Source: Phoronis australis
Lineage: Eukaryota > Animalia > Phoronida
Length of the DNA stretch: 64,000 nt
NCBI GenBank assembly: GCA_002633005.1
Contig: NMRA01000036.1
Coordinates: 248,001 to 312,000 of the forward strand
Direction: 5' to 3'
How positions within the stretch are numbered: position 1 is the first letter of the stretch; each line of letters begins with the position of its first letter. Of this stretch, positions 60,619 to 64,000 are shown in pieces. A program made the position numbers and the translations under genes. Below the pieces are notes generated by a model that saw nothing but the letters and a program-made list of their open reading frames with translations, did no database searches and was not told where the DNA came from.

Positions 60619-63433
60619 CAGTGGCTGATCTACGTTTTCAGTAAGGGGGGGGGTTTAGGATTCCCGCAAAGGTCGAATCCGAGGCGCGTGGCNNNNNNNN
60701 NNNNNNNNNNNNNNNNNNNNNNNNNNNNNNNNNNNNNNNNNNNNNNNNNNNNNNNNNNNNNNNNNNNNNNNNNNNNNNNNNNNNNNNNNNNNNNNNNNNN
60801 NNNNNNNNNNNNNNNNNNNNNNNNNNNNNNNNNNNNNNNNNNNNNNNNNNNNNNNNNNNNNNNNNNNNNNCACTTAACATGTCCCTGGAGTTTTTCTTAA
60901 GATAATTAAAAACCCTTCTCGATTTCGTCACATGAACTTGGCTCATAAGTTTCGTGAAACCATATTTGTGCACATCTGGGTATGAGTCACGCCACCAGCA
61001 AAAATTTTTGTTGGAACATCTGCTTACACACACCTTTTTAGCGTACGAAAGAGTGTGGTGTGTATACAGGGGTTTAGACAACTACCAAACATTGAAGAGC
61101 ATAAGGAGCACCCACGGGGCGTAAAAACTTGAATATCAGATGATCGCAACAGCCTCAAGCTGTTTAAGAATGAAGACCTGTACTGTTAGTCCGGAAATAA
61201 ACATGTGTTCTGTCTCGTTACGAGAAAAACTGGCGAACGATGGTGCTCTCAGCTCATAGTCTATTACTAAAAACAACAATAAACAATTAAGTATCACTTT
61301 ATTAAGCTGAATCACGTTGACAACAATTGAAAAACGTCAAATGTATCAGGAAACAAATCATATGAAAACAGTTCCACGAAACCAAAACACTCTGTAAGCC
61401 TACACCGTGGTGAAAAGATGTACAGTAGTAGTTCGTAGAGGGACCAGTCTTATATTCTGACTTCGTAATATCAGAATATTACAAGATGTACACTGAGAGT
61501 ACACAAAAACTCTGGCTTGGTCCGTCACGAGACCAAAAGTACACCTGTGTGCTTATTATCCTTATAAAATAGTCGATCTGTAGCGGGACCAAACAGTACT
61601 GGTTGAGATAAATAGTTTTACAAAGCACACTTTGGTAAAAAAGTCACCAGACTAGTTCGCCGAGGGACCAGAAGTACACTGAAACTCGATATCTACACAA
61701 ATCAAGCTGGCCTGAGACCTAAAGCGTACTTTGCAAAAAATTTTGAATTGAAACTTCTCTCTAGACACGTTTCAATCCCCAGTGGTTGCTCGTGCGTGTA
61801 GTTTACACATCTGGTGGTCAACTGCTGCGAGAGGTTGTCAAGGAAGGGTTTTCGCACTGTTCTGTAGTACTCACTGGAAGAAATAAGTATTGGGTACAGA
61901 TTTAACTACGCACTACGTGAAATAAGATTATGGATATGAAGCAGATAGACTCATGTGGAAATACAAACCAGAATCAGTTTCTGTGCGCTCGTAGACCCTC
62001 TGCTGTACAGGGTAAATTTGGCATGTCTAAAAATAATTTCTATTTCGTTTTCATTGTACACAAGCATAAAAAACCGACATTATTACAAACTGTGAATAAT
62101 TATAACTTATTACCTGGGTGATTCTCCAGGAACGTTGGTCCTATCTTCCTGCTGTCTAGGCTGCCGAGGATTCTGTATATCGGATCCAATGGTTTGCTTG
62201 TCTTAGAACCATTCTACCCAGACATCTTCGACGTTCTTTCCCAACGCTTGCACTTCGTCAACTGTTGTGTCAATGACCTTGTCCACCTCTACAATGCAGC
62301 ATCTCGTTTCGCAGCTCAGTTCGCACTAAGCCCCCTGAGGTTACCAAGTCCATTCAAAAGACTTACAACATGAGCAACTAAATTTGTTCCGTTCATCATG
62401 GACTACTTCAAACCTTGACGATGTATCCCAGGACCCATTTGCATCTCTTGCAACTTTCGAAATAAACGTCCCAATGTGTGAACGCTTGAAACCCGAAGTA
62501 TTAACATCAAATAAATGCCCATGGGCATGGGCGTTTCGTCGGGTGGGCCTTTCTGCAGAAATTCCCAGTAGGGCCTATAGAAAACCTCATTGGTGCTTAT
62601 TGCAGGTAGAAAGACGGTAGGCGGTTGAGGTCGGCATTAGAGCTCCTTAGAAGGCCCATTGAACATCGCACGAGTCCCGCAAGACTTTGTTGTGAAAATA
62701 CAGCCTCCCCGCAATTTCTGGTACTGTACACTGTTCTCGAATGCGGTCACTTTATTAATGTGAGTGCTCCCTTGGTCATTCCTTGTATAGTCATAACTTG
62801 TTAGAGTGCCATGATCTTCAAACAGACTCGCGACCAGACCACGGCGCCCGCCACAATAACAATTCTTCGGAAAACGAGTTTTTTTCAAAAGTATTACATG
62901 TACATGTACACAGTATGATATTGCGCAAGACAACTTTACAATACACCAGTCAAACGTGTGGGGTGTAATAGGATGACACGGCGTGACAGATGAGGTAAAA
63001 ACGTTGCCCATCAATTCGCCTGAATATTAGGATTGCGGCACCACAGTATTTTCCCTAATCAAATCAAAACATATCTTAGGGTAAAGAAACTAGTTACCTA
63101 AAGAAATCAGCTATAGGGCTGCTTTTTCAGCGGAGATGCTTGGCTACTTCAGAAGTGTCGTCGGGAGCGCGCGCACAATTGATCTGCGGGGTTTTGCCGA
63201 TGAGCCACGAAGACTCGAAACGCGTTGATTTTCATAACAGCAATTCACAATGCAAAAAATATATTTTCAGAGTGAACCCCTCTCCCCTCATTTTTTCCAA
63301 GTTGGTTTACTCGGGGTTTACACACGCTGGCGGTGCCGTTTTTTGTTTTGCTGGAGACGTTTTTTTTTAATTTTTGGGTCCTGGCCCGAGGGGGGTTTTA
63401 AACCCCCTGAACCCCCCCGTAGATCCGCCACTG
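60619..63433. mobile_element. hAT-like non-autonomous element, TIR CAGTGGC(G/T)GATCTACG, apparent 5-bp TSD GGGAA; spans the assembly gap
   Basis: gggaa|cagtggctgatctacg ... cgtagatccgccactg|gggaa. Confidence 0.65.
60693..60870. other. Assembly gap (178 N)
   Basis: run of n. Confidence 1.
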
Positions 63434-64000
63434 GGGAATTGCTTAGTTTTGCAGTTTCAATGTCGTTTTGTACAATGCCTTTTAGCTCAGCTTCAAATAG
63501 CTACAGAAAACAATCATGCGTTCCCGGAAAGACATGAAAATTCCAGCCACATTTGTCATGGGGGTTCTAGTACATTTGAAAGTTATAAATGGAAAGAACT
63601 TTAAATCGTGATTGTACTTTTCTGGTTGTGTTAACATAGCAGCAGCATGTTTCCATAAAAGTGCACGTGTCTGCGCACTTCAGCGGTGAATGTACATTTC
63701 GGATAATCAAGCACATTACATGTGCTTCATTCTACTCTCTCTGAGTGGTTAGTCAGGTTTGACGGCAAGAGTCAGTTGAAAGTGTTACGAGATCTCGCGC
63801 AATGGCACACAGGGACACTTTCTACGTTTTAAACACATTCGTGGACACAGCATGTGGAATAATTTAAAACCGTTGACGGTTTTGTATCGTATTTGCCTGT
63901 ACTTAGGCACGTGTATGTATTTGCCCACTAGAATTTTGAAAAAATGTGGGATCACCAAGTTACTTTTTCCGTTACGCAGCCGCCTAAACAAATACACCTC

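Noticed and set aside
60607-61081. ORFs spanning X runs
   Set aside because: Artefacts of the N gap.
63190-63230. Hammerhead-like CCGATGAG...CTCGAAACGCGTT
   Set aside because: The core U4 is mutated, stem II is broken and stem I does not pair; at best a dead relic.

Overview
AT-rich, intron-rich eukaryotic DNA, most consistent with an invertebrate metazoan; the species cannot be read from the sequence. The dominant feature is the 3' part of one large + strand cadherin gene, rebuilt by hand from GT-AG boundaries with consistent phases across 15 exons (443-41582). It encodes about 4.5 cadherin (EC) repeats, a membrane-adjacent domain resembling CDH23 MAD28, a transmembrane helix, two cytoplasmic microexons (29 and 25 nt) and, after a ~22.8 kb intron, a likely terminal exon ending ...YNIADDL*. 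The gene starts upstream of the window. The rest is a dense set of decayed mobile elements: an inverted pair of Penelope/Poseidon-type retroelements with a hammerhead-like motif, a DIRS/Ngaro-type tyrosine-recombinase retrotransposon relic, two THAP-bearing DNA transposon relics (ISL2EU-like, Kolobok-like), a Helentron/HINE-like element with arrayed CTCF-like motifs, several MITE families, a near-perfect 150-bp palindrome, a tRNA-derived SINE head and minisatellites. There is also an orphan CpG-rich promoter-like region at ~56.2-56.7 kb and an N gap. No CRISPR, rRNA or intact tRNA was found. Most ORFs in the supplied track are spurious. I see no strong evidence for a wholly new system; the best leads are the microexon-built cadherin tail and the Penelope hairpin/ribozyme locus.
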